DNA of 64,000 nt from Felis catus. Its lineage: Eukaryota. Shown in pieces: positions 26,342 to 41,044 of this stretch. The notes beneath the pieces are model-generated. The model was not told where the DNA came from, searched no databases, and saw nothing but the letters and a program-made list of their open reading frames with translations. The stretch covers positions 206,152,001 through 206,216,000 of the forward strand of contig NC_058368.1 of the NCBI RefSeq assembly GCF_018350175.1, read 5' to 3'. Within the stretch, counting starts at the first letter, position 1. Each line of letters starts with the position of its first letter. A program made the translations under genes and the position numbers.

Positions 26342-27488
26342 CTAAAAAAAAAAAAAGGATAAGGGAGATGCAATCATTAGAAGAGCTTCTTTGTGGTAAA
26401 CAAACTATTATTTTAATTGTTGAACCAGGTTCTGTAATATTCTCAACTGCTACAAATTTGTACAGTTAAAAAAAAAAAAGCTGTAAAGCATTTTACAAAC
26501 AACAGTGTTCCTAGGAGAAGCCTACAAATAATTTCAATGCTACCATATCTTGAGCATTTACTACTGTGGGAACAGTGGCTGTTGTGATATTTAATCCCCC
26601 TAACAAATGCCCACTTCAGAGTTAAAGAAATTAAGGGTCAGAAAAGTTAAGAAACTAGTGCTAGTTCACACATTTAACAAATTGGTCAAGCCAGGATTTA
26701 AGTCCATGTTCGTCTGAATTCAAGGCCAGTGGAGCAGGCTCCCTTTCATCAAGCAGTCGGTGCTTATAAACTGTTTGTTGTTTGGACTGCATGTTGCCCC
26801 CTCTGTCTATAGTGGGGCAGAAAGCACCGTAATGTGATCTCCACATGGAGAACTCCCTGGTACCCCAAGATCTGTTAACAACCTCTCACGTGTAAGTGTC
26901 TAATTGGTCTCCTTTCAACGGTGAGTAAATAAATATCTAGAGGTACTTACATTAATTATACCTTTCCCATTGCTTTGTGTTTTCTACAAATGGATCAAAA
27001 GTCAACCATCATTCCAACTTTGACAGGAAAACACCTTAGGCCAGCTTACAAGAGCTTAATTTAACTGTCGTCTCCTCAGCTATACCTGATTACAAGGTGA
27101 CTAACCTAAAACATCCTGTTATTCCCACCTCCTTCCTGCTTCATGACAATGGAATTCAATGGTATATATACTTTCCCATCATAAAACTAGTTCTCTGTTG
27201 GATATATTTATAAAGGTAGTTTATCTGAAAAGCATATTTTTACGGATGCACAAACGATGCGATACTTCCTCACTTTGGAAAACCTAAGAGCTTTAGATAA
27301 GACAGTAAAATCTCGGGGACAATTCGTAACTTGTAAAAATGGTAAATATGTGAAATGTAGCCTGCCAGGTTCAGCAATGTGTATAATAAGTACTCATTCT
27401 TTAAATAGTCCCCTTTATAATAGTAGTATCCTAAATGCAATGTAGTATCCTGAATTGGATCCTAGACCATTAAAACAACATCAGTGAA

Positions 27489-27700
27489 GGGGTGCCTCAG
27501 TGGCTCAGTTGGTTAAGCATCCGACTCTTGGTTTTATCTCAGGTCATGATCTCACAGTTTGTGGGTTCAAGTCCCACAGTGGGCTGTGTGCGGACAGCAC
27601 TGAGTGTGCTTGAGATTCTCTGTCTCTCCCTGTTTCTCTCTCTGCCCCTCCCTCACTTGTGCTTTCTCTCTCTCTCAAAATAAATAAACATTAAAAAAAA
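27489..27700 (+). mobile_element. CAN-SINE inside an old L1 3' UTR-like fragment
   Basis: ggggtgcctcagtggctcag head, (CT)n and A tail. Confidence 0.9.
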
Positions 27701-27927
27701 AAGACATTCGTGGAAAACCTGATGATATATAAATAAAGTCTGTAGTTTAGTCAATAGTATTGCACTAATATTAATGTCTTAGTCAACCCACTAAATTATG
27801 TCAAGTTATATAAGATGTTAATATTATGAGAACATGGTAAAGGGCATATAGAAACTCTATTTGCAACTTTTCCGAAATCTAAAATTATTCCAAAATAAAA
27901 TGTTTTTTAAGGTGGTGTTATCTAGAT

Positions 27928-28050
27928 CAGTGCTTCTCAAGCAGGGGCAATTTGGCAATATCTAAATATCTTACAATGCACAAGACAGACTCCCACAACA
28001 AAGAGCTCCCGGGCCCAAACTTCCTATAGTGTTGGGGTTAAGAAAAGTCT
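27928..28050. mobile_element. MER20-like remnant, internally deleted
   Basis: cagtgcttctcaa...ggggcaattt...cttacaatgcacaagacag...cccacaacaaaga...ggcccaaa. Confidence 0.6.
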
Positions 28051-28129
28051 AATCTAAATGTACCAAAACTAAAGTTCTATGATAAAGCCATGCAAATGAG
28101 CTCTTCATTGTGCTTAGACGTTTATTTGC

Positions 28130-28680
28130 TAGAGATGGGGGGGGGGGGGGGGAGGGGAATGGAAGAAGGTGGCCGAAGAGTACAAAATTCCAGTTATAAG
28201 AGAGATGAGTATTGGGGATGTAATGTGGTTGATGCTGCTCAATGATATACAGGTAGAGTGTTGGAAGAGTGGATCATAAGAGTTCTTATCACAAGGAGAA
28301 ATTTGCTTTTTTTCTTTTTTTTTTTAACGTTTATTTATTTTTGAGAGACAGAGCATGAGCAGGGGAGGGGCAGAGAGAGAGAGGGAGACACAGACTCTGA
28401 AGCAGGCTCCAGGCTCTGAGCTGTCAGCACAGAGCCTAACATGGGGCTCGAACTCATGAACCATGAGATCATGACTTAAGTAAAGTGGGACGCTTAACCG
28501 ACTGAGCCATTCCGGCACCCCTCTTTTTTTTTTTTAATTGTGCTTTTGTGAGGTGACGGATGTTAAGCAGACCTACCGTGGTCATCATTTCACAGTAGAT
28601 GCAAATCAAACCATCACGCTGTATACCTTGAACTTCTACAGTGATGTATGTCAATTATTTCTCAATAAAACTGGAAATGA
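28130..28680 (+). mobile_element. L1 3' end (L1MA-like) with an inserted CAN-SINE (-, about 28307-28521)
   Basis: gtacaaaattccagttataag...tgtataccttgaac...gtatgtcaattatttctcaataaaactgg. A G16 run sits at its 5' part. Confidence 0.8.
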
Positions 28681-28900
28681 GGGGCGCCTGGGTGGCGCAG
28701 TCGGTTAAGCGTCCGACTTCAGCCAGGTCACGATCTCGCGGTCTGTCAGTTCGAGCCCCGCGTCGGGCTCTGGGCTGATGGCTCAGAGCCTGGAGCCTGT
28801 TTCCGATTCTGTGTCTCCCTCTCTCTCTGCCCCTCCCCCGTTCATGCTCTGTCTCTCTGTCCCAAAAAATAAATAAACGTTGAAAAAAAAAATTAAAAAA
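28681..28900 (+). mobile_element. Very young SINEC_Fc
   Basis: Near-consensus and CpG-retaining. Perfect 17-bp TSD aataaaactggaaatga at 28664-28680 and 28901-28917. Confidence 0.96.
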
Positions 28901-29972
28901 AATAAAACTGGAAATGATAGTTTTTAAAAGTTTATTTGTTAATCATTCATAAGAATGACAGTTTGGATTTTAAATGTTTTCCAGAAGTTATTACAATTTC
29001 TTTATGAAAAATCACAGGTAGAATCAGCTAGACCGAAGACCTTTGCGTTTAAGAACACAGCTTTCTTAACTTCCTATATCTTTATGTCAAAACTACATAC
29101 TGATGGAGGGAGGGACAAATCAGTGGTTAGTGTTTAATGAGCACAGGGTTTCAGTTGGGAAGATGAGAAAGTCCTGGAGATGGTTGGTGATGTTGGTTGC
29201 ACGATAATGGGAATGCACTTAATGCATTGAACTGTACATTTAAAAATAGCTGAAATGGTAAATTTTATGTTATGTTTATTTTACCACAATAAAAAAAAAG
29301 ACTAAATACCGATACATCAGGTATTGAGAAAGCTCAACCTCGGAGGCTGACAAACCTGGAGTTTGTTATTTGTGATAGACATATTTTAAGGGTAGTTACT
29401 ATTAATATTCATCATGACTTCTGAAAAACACACAGGCCTGAAAAATACCCTTAATTAAAAGTTAATAGAATTTGCTACTGTGTAGGAGAAAATACATACT
29501 GAATTGTGCTACAAAATGAATGAAGGAGACATTTTAGAAAGATAAGTATATAATATCTCATTCGGAATAAAAGAGCAACCTCATCAAGTGTACATTGTTC
29601 TCTTTAATTTTAGAATTCCTGGTACAGGTCCATTACTTCAAACATGCCTGATAAATTCCTATTTATGCTTCAGCGCAGTAAAAAACAAAGGACTTGTCCC
29701 TGCTCTGGACCTCTGACTGCTAACGAGCACGTGGGAACCAGCACAGCAGGCACACCATTGGCCATGCTGCCCTCCTGTTTTCTGTCATCAGCATCTATGT
29801 TTCATACCATAGCCCATGCCCACCATCAGCCACAGACGGCTCTGTGCAACCTGCCCTCTCTTAAGTTGTGACCATCTGATCCATCTGATGGTATCACTCA
29901 TGAAATCTAGTACTTCATACTCACTGTAAAAGGCAAACTTCACATTGAATTAAATAAAAGTCATACACTGGA

Positions 29973-30180
29973 GGGGCGCCTGGGTGGCTCAATCGGTTAA
30001 GCGTGCAACTTCGGCTCTGGTCATGATCTCACGGTTTGTGAGTTCAAGCCCCACGTCGGGCTCTGTGCTGACAGCTCAGAACCTGGAGCCTGCTTCAGAT
30101 TCTGTGTCTTCCCCTCTCTGCTCCTCCCATGCTCATGCTCTCTCTCTCAATAATAAATAAACATTAAAAAAAACTAATAA
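29973..30180 (+). mobile_element. CAN-SINE
   Basis: TSD-like aaagtcatacact(g/a)ga on both sides. Confidence 0.92.
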
Positions 30181-30968
30181 AAAATAAAGTCATACACTAG
30201 AAAAATAAGAATACCATACAAAATTGAATGCAAGTGAGTTTTCCTTCTTTCCTGTTTTTTAATTGTCACAAACATGTATTTTCCATTTATTTAAAAAAAT
30301 GTAAGTAAAGAAGAAATAGGAGGTTATTTAAAAAATAAATCCATCCCACCGTAAATATCTCTAAAAAGAAATAGTTTGGCTTTTTAAATCTCTTCTTACC
30401 ATAGCTTCTTTAAAGACCATTTTAATTTGCCTGATGTTCAAAATACTGGATTTTTGGATTTCCACTCTTAAAAATGGCTTCACAAGCCACAACACTTTGC
30501 TTTAAATAACTTCTGCTCTGCAGTGTTAAATGTAAATGCTTTTAAGTTTTCTATTTCAATAATGCCAATAAACCCTCTGAAAACCCAGAAAGGAAACATA
30601 CAGAATGTTTTTAAACTCGGTACTTAATAAAAGTACATTTAAAAAAATCAGGAAAAAAGCCAGAAATCATCCTTTGAAAATCCTTTATTTTCTTGGCACC
30701 AAAACAGATACAAAGCTAATCTTTGATAAGGATTTAAGTTAGTTTCAGAACCACAGGGCTCTTCTTGCTTTTCCTTGCTTTCCATGACTCTATCTATGCC
30801 ACGTGAAACAAAGTCTGTTACCCCATCTATGAGCCGACCTTCTTGTAGGGGGACAAGGACAGAGGGAATAACTCACAGTTATGGCCATCCAGTGCCATAA
30901 AGGACCGCCACAAGGACCCTCACTCACCTGAGTGCAGGTGTCCTTGGACAGACCTACAAGCTACTCAC

Positions 30969-31160
30969 CTTTCTGCACACACTGAACATTCTTCATATCA
31001 GGACTCCACTTAAGGCTGGATCCACAGAGAAATGTTGAAGGACCTTTTAAGGACATGTCACCCGAACAGGAAATGGTCACTTTCTCACCAATTGCATAGA
31101 AAGGTTTGTGGGGATGACTCTGTATGCCATCCATCAAGGCAGGTAGAACACAGGCAATTT
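30969..31160 (-). CDS. C7: Complement C7 exon (exon 15 equivalent), CCP2/Sushi
   Basis: 192 nt. [63 protein letters not shown](E). Donor GTGAGT. Confidence 0.96.
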
Positions 31161-31999
31161 CTAAAGATAGAAGAAAACAGAATACAAAGGTCATTGCTTT
31201 CCTAAGCCATCTTTTTTTAAAAAAGACAACGTCGAATAGTGTTAATACACATGCTCTGCTTTTTCACATTAGAGGACAAAGAGGAAGAGGTAAGTTCACT
31301 CCTAGGATGCCCTGAAAGACATGTCCCACAGTGCCCGGCATGTAATTGACCAATAAAAGACTGAAGACCAAAACAGTTCCCATCCTCCACTCCTGCCCTC
31401 AAAGCAATGTGACAACATAAAATGAATCAGCCTTATAAACAGAGACCTAAAAAGCCCAGGCTGCTGTCAAAACTAAACTTTCCATAGCTGCCACTTATCT
31501 CTCTGGTCTGATGAAGTCCCACCAGAATTTTCCCAAGAAAATTTGCATATTGTTTGCATACCATTAGCATATATCCAATTAGATATTTTTATTATTTGAA
31601 AGTTTTAAAGAACCACCTTTAACCTTGAAACCATACAAGTATTAAATGTTCTTTGGTTTTCCATCTCTAGTCTTTCTCAGTTACATTCATTACCTCAAAT
31701 CTTCTGCTTGAGAAAACAGCAAAGAGAAAAAAGAGAAACATGTATCCTTATGGGAAGCAAATCAGAATTCATGATTTGAAAAAAAAAAATTGGCAATCTC
31801 TCTAATGGACTTCGGACAATATTCTACAAAATACTGCTCTGTTTCTGTACCATTTCCATCAGAAATTCCATTCACTCATTACTTCAAAAACAGCATCTAT
31901 GGAGTGCTTATATTTAACGAATTACGTTGTATGCTGCTAGGGATTTAACCAGATACAAGTTACATATCCTGCCTTCATAAAGCTAATAATCTAGCATCA

Positions 32000-33950
32000 G
32001 ATTTGTTTGTTTCTGGCCATGATGCAATCACTGGCTTCACAATCATGCTCCCACAAAGACAAATAGAAAAGCTATACAAAAGTAAAGGAAAAAGTACTTC
32101 CGAAAGCATCAGAGAGATACCAAGGTCATGAAAATTTGAAGGTACAAGATTCTAGCGAGAAGTCTAAAGGGGTGATTACAACATTTGGTAATGCCTTTCT
32201 CCTTGAGGTATTTGTTAAGTTTGAAAAAAAAAAATGCTTAAAGGCTGCTAAACTAAGGAGGAACTATAGCTTGTGGCTGAAAAGCTGAGTAGAGTTTTTA
32301 ACAGTCTAATTGGGCTAGGGGACAAAGAGGTAGAGTCCAGTCCTGTCACAAAGGAGGGACCTAGGAAGATATCTCAGACCTTCCACTAGGATCCCTTAAT
32401 GGTTACACCCTAGGAATAAAGGTAAACCGGACATAAAACAGCCTCACTGTTTGCAGGAAACAAAATCAAGTCTTTTCTAGAGGAAGAGAACATCATCCAA
32501 AACCTCAGACTATTCCATCATTTTTTCACACATAAAGTCTGGCATTTAATCAAAACTATTCTGACATTTAAAAGGAAAAGAATTCACCAAAACCCCAAAA
32601 AAGACAATAGAAACAGACCCTCAGTAGGTCCAGAGAATGGGATTAACAGCCATGGACCCTGAAATAACTGTGATTTACATGTTGGGAAAAAATTAAATGA
32701 CAAGGCACAGAATTTCAATGGAGAAAAGGAAAGTATAGAAAAGTGGACAAATGAAATATCTAGAATTGGAAAATGAAATTAAGAACTCAACAGAGTTCTT
32801 AAAAGCAAATTATATACAAGTGTACAGAGAATTAATAAACTGGAAGTTAGATCAATTAAAAAATATTTAGGATGAAACGGAGAGAAGAAAAAAATTATGT
32901 AAAACAAAATAATGTAGTAATATATACAATCTAAAAAAATATATCATTTGTGTCTTGTGAGGAAAAATGGGCAAGAATTGGACAGAGGCAATAATTGAGG
33001 ACACAATGGCGAAGAAGCTCCTGAAATTGACAAAAGACATAAAAGCACAGATTCAAGAAGTGCTTCAAATATTAACCAGGGTAGAGACAAAGAAAATCAC
33101 ACCTCAGCACATCACTGTGGAGGTGCTTCTGAAACCCAAAGACCAGAAAAAAAGAGAAATTCTCAAAAGTGTCCAGACATAAGATTTCCAAACCAGAAGT
33201 GGTATGACTAAGAGTGAATGTCTCACTAGAATAAAATCTTTAAAGAGCTTAAATAAAATAACTGCTAACCTAGAATTCCTTACCCATAAAAACATCCTTC
33301 AAAAATGAAGATAAAACAAGGACATTTTAAGATGAACAAAGACGGGGTCAACTTCTTATCAGCAGATTCACAATAAAGGGAAAAAAAATCTCTTCAAGCA
33401 AAAGCATCTTATTAAACGTTTCAAAGAACCAACTTTTGGCTTTGTTACTGTAAGCTAGAAAATGTTTATATTCTATTTCAGTAATTTCTGCTCAAGGACT
33501 CCAGGCGAGAGAGACAGAGAGACAGATAGAGACAGAAACAAAGAGGAAGAGAGGAGGTCCTACAAATAAGAAAAAGACAAACCAACAGAAAAGGGGAGCT
33601 AAAGATTGGACAGTCACTTCACCAAAGAGGATATGCAAATGGCAAATAAACATGAAAACAGGCATCATAACATAGTCACCAGGAAAAATATAAATTGAAA
33701 AGTCAAAATTAAAAAATAAGATATTGCTACACACTCATCAGTATAGCTAAAATTTTTTAAAGATTGTTGATATCAAGTGTTGATAAGGATACAGAGCAAT
33801 CTTGGCTTCTCAGATCCTGGTAGGGATGTAAATTAGTACAACCATTTGGGAGTCTGGTAGCATCTAAGTCTAAATGTATGTACAACGTATGACTCAGAGA
33901 CTTTATTCAGAGATATATACCCAAGAGGAAAAAGATGTTCACGTGTACAC
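32000..33950 (+). mobile_element. Old L1 mosaic: 5'/ORF1 remnant plus an ORF2 3' fragment
   Basis: ORF 32967-33182 EAIIEDTMAKKLLKLTKDIKAQIQEVLQILTRVETKKITPQHITV resembles L1 ORF1p. 33560-33950 contains cacttcaccaaagaggatatgcaaatggcaaataaacatgaaaa. Confidence 0.75.
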
Positions 33951-34365
33951 TAGGCTTTTCTCCATGGCCTAGACCAACTGATATAGCAAAAAATGTATCT
34001 CTACAGCTCTATCCATCTGCTGAACCAACTAATACTGCAGGACAATCAAGGAAGTACACTGATTTGGTCACATCCCTAGAAATTGAACTATATGGGATGT
34101 TCTGAAGGTCTTAGCCAGAATGGAGCTCCCTGGCCTATTCGAATTTGCACCAGAAACGTTAAAATTGCAGTGAAATGTGCCTCGCCTAACAGAAGCACTA
34201 TCAACTAGAGACTGCTGAGGGCTTTTTCAAGACACAGCTGAAACTTGAACAGGAGCATATGAGCTTCTCAGGAAAGGAATGTCAAGACACGGGCCACACA
34301 GTGAGCGGTTATTCATCTTGATTCATTCCCTTCCACATTATTCTCTCATCTTAAGTTATATGCTA

Positions 34366-34515
<150 letters not shown>

Positions 34516-36342
34516 CTAAAGAGAAATAAAAGAGAGAGAGAGAGTATGTCTATTTTGCATTAAAAAAAGTTTCTTTAGATATATTTGGGCTATAAATGAT
34601 GCCTTCTTTTAGTCATCAGGCAAACTAAGTTCAAATAACTAATTTAAAAAATTATCTGTAAAAACAATTTTCCCTGTATGGTCCTAGTCAATGACACTGG
34701 TACTACCAATAACTAAAATAAAGCCATTAATGCCACATATAATTTATTAATTGTCCCCAAATACCAAGCACTGTACTAAGCATTTTACCAAAATTACTTT
34801 TGTGGACACTGCCCAAGTCCCTTCCCCCCCGGCCCCTGCATGTTCCAGGAAAAGACAGTTGTTATCAGATCTCGGAAATGTACTTGTTGGTCAGGTCTTC
34901 ATAGTAAGACGTCATGGGCTGCTCATTGGCCATACCGCCTAATAAAAGCTGGTAGGAACAGACAGAAATGTGCAAATCCTATCAGCATGTTTATGAAAGT
35001 TTAAGTTTCTCACTGATGACTTTTAGAGGGAGTGTAATGCTGATCTTCTCCCATCCTAAGCTCCAGCCCCTACCCTGTGAGGGAAGGGCCACTGTGGCTG
35101 GGCCAGATTCAAGGACATGCCAGGAGGTGAGCTTTCATGGTGAAGCAAGGAAGAATTTGAAGCTGAAACTTAAAGGGGTAATCATGCTTTTTTGGGATCT
35201 CTATTAGTTCCTTTCCTCATTCTTGGGGCTCTCTGCCACCCCAGGGGTGGTAAAGAAAATCGGCCTGGGGAAGGGCTGAGAGCTAGGCATTAGCACCTGG
35301 CTACTCCAGGCATTAGAACCAAATCCCAAGGTGCCTTCTACTATTCACTGTCAGTCCTGGTCCAGTCTGGCTCCAGTTGGTAGGACACAAAGGGCCCAGG
35401 TTAATACTTGAGTTTGAATAAATTGGGAAAGGACAGTTGATTTGCTTTGGTTCTAGCCAATAGGCCTTCGTCTGCCTGACAGAAGGGACTGTTATAACAG
35501 TGTCCAAACTTGGTTCTGTATCAGAACCACTAGTAGCAATTTAAAAAAAAAAAAGCACAACTCTTAGGCTCTATCCTAAACCTACAGAATGAGAAAGAAA
35601 AAAAAAAAAAAAAAAAGGAAGGTAAGGAGCAAGGAGCAATCTCTATTCTTAAGTTCTCTGTGTGACTGTGATGTAGCCCGTCCATGGGGCAGTGTTCAGA
35701 ACCCCTGCCCCTTACAGGACACCACATGCACTGGAGTTTGGGACAACAGTTCATGGTTTGCTGAAGTATATGAGTTTGTTTGGCCTTGTTCACCAAGCCT
35801 GTGTTTCCTTCAGGAACTCAGTAGATTGTGGTGACTGTATTGGGACAGAATGAGTGTTAGAGATGTTGGGCTCATTCCCCTCTGTCCCCCCCCCCACACA
35901 CACACACACAGAAGCCCTCTTCCATTTCCCAACAGTATCTACATTTGGGGAAACTTCAGCAAAATGTCAGTGTGTGTGTTTAAAGGCCTAGAATTTCAAA
36001 GGCAAACCCTCTGAGAAAGCAAGGCTGGCGGCACTGAGGGGGTCCTGACGAAAGCCTCCTACGTGAGCCAGTAGGAGACTTCATTGGAGCTTGAGGCCAA
36101 AGCCTCATCATAACAAGCAGTGAGAAGAGCGGAAATTAATATGGCCTCAAGGCCAAGAAAATTCCCTAGAATGACAAGTGGCAGGTGATTTGTGTTCCTT
36201 CCTAAACAAGAAAATCGCTCCAAGTATAATGACCCATATCTCACCAATGCTGGCAAAATGTCTTATTGGCCTCTGGAATAAACCCAATATTTCTTCCCAA
36301 ACCCAACATTTCTGAAAAAAAAAATTTTAAAGACATTTCTCA

Positions 36343-36537
36343 GGATGCCTGGGTGGCTCAGTCAGTTAAGTGTCTCTTGATTTCAGCTCAGGTCATGATC
36401 TCACAGTTCATGGGTTCAAGCCCTGCGTCTGACAGCACAGAGCCTGCTTCGGATTCAATCTCTCCTTCTCTCTCTGCCCCTCCCCTGCTCTCTCTCTCTC
36501 AAAAATAAATAAATAAACATTCTAAAAAAATCTTTAG
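36343..36537 (+). mobile_element. CAN-SINE
   Basis: Perfect TSD aaagacatttctcag at 36329-36343 and 36538-36552. Confidence 0.92.
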
Positions 36538-36819
36538 AAAGACATTTCTCAGTGGCAAGAATAGAGAAAGTCCTCTTTGCTGCAGAACTTGCTTATGGAT
36601 TCTTATTTTAGTGTTAAGAATGGAAATGTTTAACAGCCTTCTGGCATGATTACATTTCTAATTTCATTGGGCAGCAGTATTGATTTACCTTACTGCAGAA
36701 GATATACTGCCTTCTGCAGAATTCTAATCACCTTGGCCAAAGAAGTAAAGTCACAAACTAAAACCCTTACCACTAAAACTAAAATGCACATATAAACTAT
36801 TTGTAGCACTATTTCATCA

Positions 36820-37191
<372 letters not shown>

Positions 37192-38207
37192 CTACCAAAA
37201 AATAGCTACTAAGTCAGTAGTATGAAAAACAAAGAGAAAGAAAAGGAAATAAAAGTCTCTGGACAAAACACCTACTTCATGGGATTTCTAGAGGTCACCT
37301 GCCTCAGACCTACTTTTTCTTCGGCTGTCTGGTTCTGAAGTGCCTTTAACACAGAATTGATTCTGGATTAAAAATAAAGGAATTCCTGTTAGTGACCCTG
37401 CAAGAAAGGGAACATCTACTCTCTGCTAGGCAACTTGGCAGTTGCTCTATAAATACGCAACATCTCAATGCACCTTCACAGTAACCCTATGAGGTATGCG
37501 ACGAAAAGAAAGTTTGAATGACTTGTCCAAGATTATAAGGTAAGAAATACCAAGGCTGCATTCATGTTGTAGTCGGTTTGGCTCCTAATGTCATGCTCTT
37601 TCTACCTCCCGCAAGGCAATCTCTAGAGGAAGCTCATAATAATGGTAATCCCAGTGACATCCATCATTAAACAATAGTTTTATGGCCTCTGAAGCCAACG
37701 TGCCACCAGTACTACCTCCACTCCAGAGATCTGAAATCTGAGGGAAAGCATTACAGAATAGCCCGTGAATGTCACCTCCTTCTCAGCTGAGTTCCTTATA
37801 CGCTTTCCACACTTTGAGGAAACTCAGAAATGTGAAGTATTGATCATGATTTTCCTCTTTGTACTGGGCAGGAGGAGGAGAACATTCTCTCCCTCCAAGC
37901 ACCAAGAAGAGTGAGAATTCCTTCAGCGCCTCCGTAGGATGCTCCTTTCCTTCCAGCTTCATGTCTAGTGGCTGGGAAAAGCAGCCCAGTCCACAGAGGC
38001 CTCCTCTGCTGGAGACCCTCATCCTCCCAGAGATATGTGCCCCGAAGGTAGCTTCTCCTCCTACAGTAATTCCATATGCTCTCCAGCTTCCTAGTCAGGA
38101 GACTTGATGAATTTGCAAGGTCCCGGCAAATGGGAAGTTGGTGTCAGACAACTGGGCTAATCAGTCAAGATATTAGCCATCTAGAGCATCTGGCTTTATG
38201 CTTAATC

Positions 38208-38290
38208 CTGAATGAATGAATGAATGAATGAATAAATGAATGAATACATGAATACATGAATACATGAATACATGAATACATGAATGAATA
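38208..38290. repeat. Compound (TGAA)n/(ATACATGA)n microsatellite
   Basis: Direct reading. Confidence 0.9.
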
Positions 38291-38749
38291 GGATTGGTAT
38301 ATCTGAAGAGTAATACAACTATTAATCAATGCTTACTATGTGCTGGGCACTGTGCTAATCACTTTCTATGCTGAATCTCATTTAATTCTGACATTTTACT
38401 ATTGTTTTACCTTCTATGATTATACTAATTTTAGAGGTGTTACCAAGGTCACACAGCAAAGTGTTAGATCTGCTTGATGCCAAAGCTGCTGCTCAGATCC
38501 CCTTGGCCAGATGACCTTCTAGTTACCCAGCCTTTTGTAACATCTGTATCAGAAAAACTTGAAACACACAAGTGCAAGCTGTCCACACATGACTTCTTCC
38601 TTCAACTGACCCCACTGCTAAAGGCAAAGTCACTGATAAAAATCGCCATTTAATTTTTAAATCTTTTAATAGCAGCAATCACATATTCCATGCTTCCTGC
38701 AGAGGGCACTCTATTCTATGCAATTGCCAGGAGATCTGGTCACCATTAC

Positions 38750-38921
38750 CGCAAATGCTGGAGTTCCTCCTCCTCGCATTGCCTGCTTTCTGTTGGCGCT
38801 CCAATACAAGACTGCCCGCCTCCACTGGGAGGTGGGTTATTGCATTCTCGGCTCCTTGATTTCTTCCCTTGAATGCAGGGGCCCCAAGAGGACCAGCAAC
38901 TCCAACCTCCATCAACCCCTC
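38750..38921 (-). CDS. C7: Complement C7 exon (exon 12 equivalent), thrombospondin type-1 repeat
   Basis: 172 nt. [56 protein letters not shown](R), with the WxxWxxW C-mannosylation motif. Confidence 0.97.
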
Positions 38922-40815
38922 CTGTAAGATAAGAGAAAGACTGTTCAGAAAGTACTTGGAGAGAAAGATTTCAGAGTCTAGTATTAAGCTTCATGCTCAG
39001 GCAGTTATTGAGGGAGAGGACAGTCTGGGCACATACTACCTTCACTCTGTTCAGGAGGTCTTCTTCAATGACCATAATGTCTCTGCACATTGACTGGGTT
39101 TGTTGATATTAAGGCTGCATCAACGAACTTCTTGCAATTATATCTTAAATTTGTTTATTATTTTAGAACTGTTTCAGAGCATTTTGTCATACCTCATGCC
39201 ATTCATTTACTTCTCACAAGAATGAATCCGGGTGGGCAGGAAGTCTGTTACCATTCTCACTTGATAGGTATGGGATCTAAGGCAAGGGGGTTAAATGTCA
39301 TGTCCAGTGCTGCAATGGCTGCCAAGAGTCCTGTCCAGACAGCAACATGGTCTTATGGCCGAGTCCAGGCTCCTCTCATTACAGCAGTTCCTATTGTTAA
39401 CATTTTTATTGGAAAAGCCATGGTTGGGCATGAGAAGAACATAATCTACTGGGTTCCAGACTGCCAACCTCAGAGCTGGCACTGTGCAAAATGAGGAAAT
39501 GCATAAGAAGGAGAAATGCTTTTACCTCCTGTCAACATCCTTCAGTCTGCAGGCACTTCCTCAACCCAGCCTGGCCACCTTCCAACTCAGGGCCGATTCA
39601 TGACCAGCGGTGCTTTTAGAATTTTCCCCCATCATATACCTTGGGGTAGGCAAGAGAGAACTTGCACTATATTCTAAGAACTTGGCTTTCCTGGTTACAA
39701 ACAGATCTCAGAGACCATGCTCCTGAAACATTACTTCCAATTGATAGATGGTTTTGTTTACTGCTCCTTACCTATTTCTATCGTGTAGCCTACATCCGTC
39801 TCTCCTCCACTCGGCACCCACCCCTCACTCAGTATCATACACACCAAAACTAAACTAATGTGGTTATATCTTCCAATGAGTTTCCTTATACTTTCTTCCA
39901 TAATTAGAAATTGAGTTAATAAAGTAGTCCTCTGAGTATATTAACAGGGGTAACAATAGCTTAATATATTATGATCGCTACCCCAATCCTTACCAGCAGG
40001 GGGAACTTCCATTTTATCAAATAATAGGAAATCCAAGCCACAAAGGAATGAAATCAAAATGGTAGAATTTCAATTTACCAGACAGGCTACTTGGGAAGAC
40101 ATTTGGAGGCAAGGAGGCTTTCCTGACGCTTGTCTACAAGCAATCATAGTTCAGTCATGTATTCATTCATTCATCAAACATTTGTTAAGTGACTTCTATG
40201 AATCAAGCCTTGTTGGGCTCTGGGAATAAAAAAAAGGAATCACAGCCCTGACCTTAAGAAATGAGTTTTCTAGAGGAGAGAGGCATATAAATAAATACAA
40301 AACTGTCCCACACTTTGTCTACTCATAAAGTCAAACTTCACATAGTTCTGTGTGAACTGACGTGCCTCTAAAGCACCAAGCCTTCAGTTGAGCACATTCA
40401 GCAGATGTTCAGAAAGTATTTGTGAGTAATTGATTGATAAAACATAATACAAAATAGAAATAGAGATATTTCAAAGAGCTTGCGATTGGAAAGGTTAAGC
40501 CATGTGCACACTAGCTGCACAGACCTGTTATGACAAAACCTCAATGAGCTGACTATGGCATAAAAGAGAGACGTGTTTTAGGCATTAATCTATTCTAATG
40601 GAGAACAGGGAATGGAGGGCATGGTGGGTCTATTCATTAAGACAAGAAAACAGAGACAGCAGAGGGCCTTAACCCCCTTGCTAGAACCCAGAAGTGCAAT
40701 AGGAAGGGAGACACTAAATTAATACACAAAGAAGCATGATCTCAGGGATCAGCAGAAAAGAGTGATTCCTTTTTCATAGTGTCCAGCATAACTAGCAAAA
40801 ACTCAGCACACTGAC

Positions 40816-41044
40816 CTGCTTCATTTCCCACGAGGACTCCTTGCTCACAAGCCACACCAAATGTGTATGGTTTGCAATGGCACTGACACTGGGTCCCCTC
40901 GACGGTGGCAATGCCGCCATTTTGACAAGGTTGGCAATGGCAGGGGTCAAATTCATCCAGATATTCCTCAAGAGCCCGCTTCAGGTATAGTCTTTTCACA
41001 GAGGCACAGGGTACTTCCTTTACCAGCTCATACAGAGGGGTCAG
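40816..41044 (-). CDS. C7: Complement C7 exon (exon 11 equivalent), end of MACPF and EGF-like domain
   Basis: 229 nt. [76 protein letters not shown](G). Confidence 0.97.
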
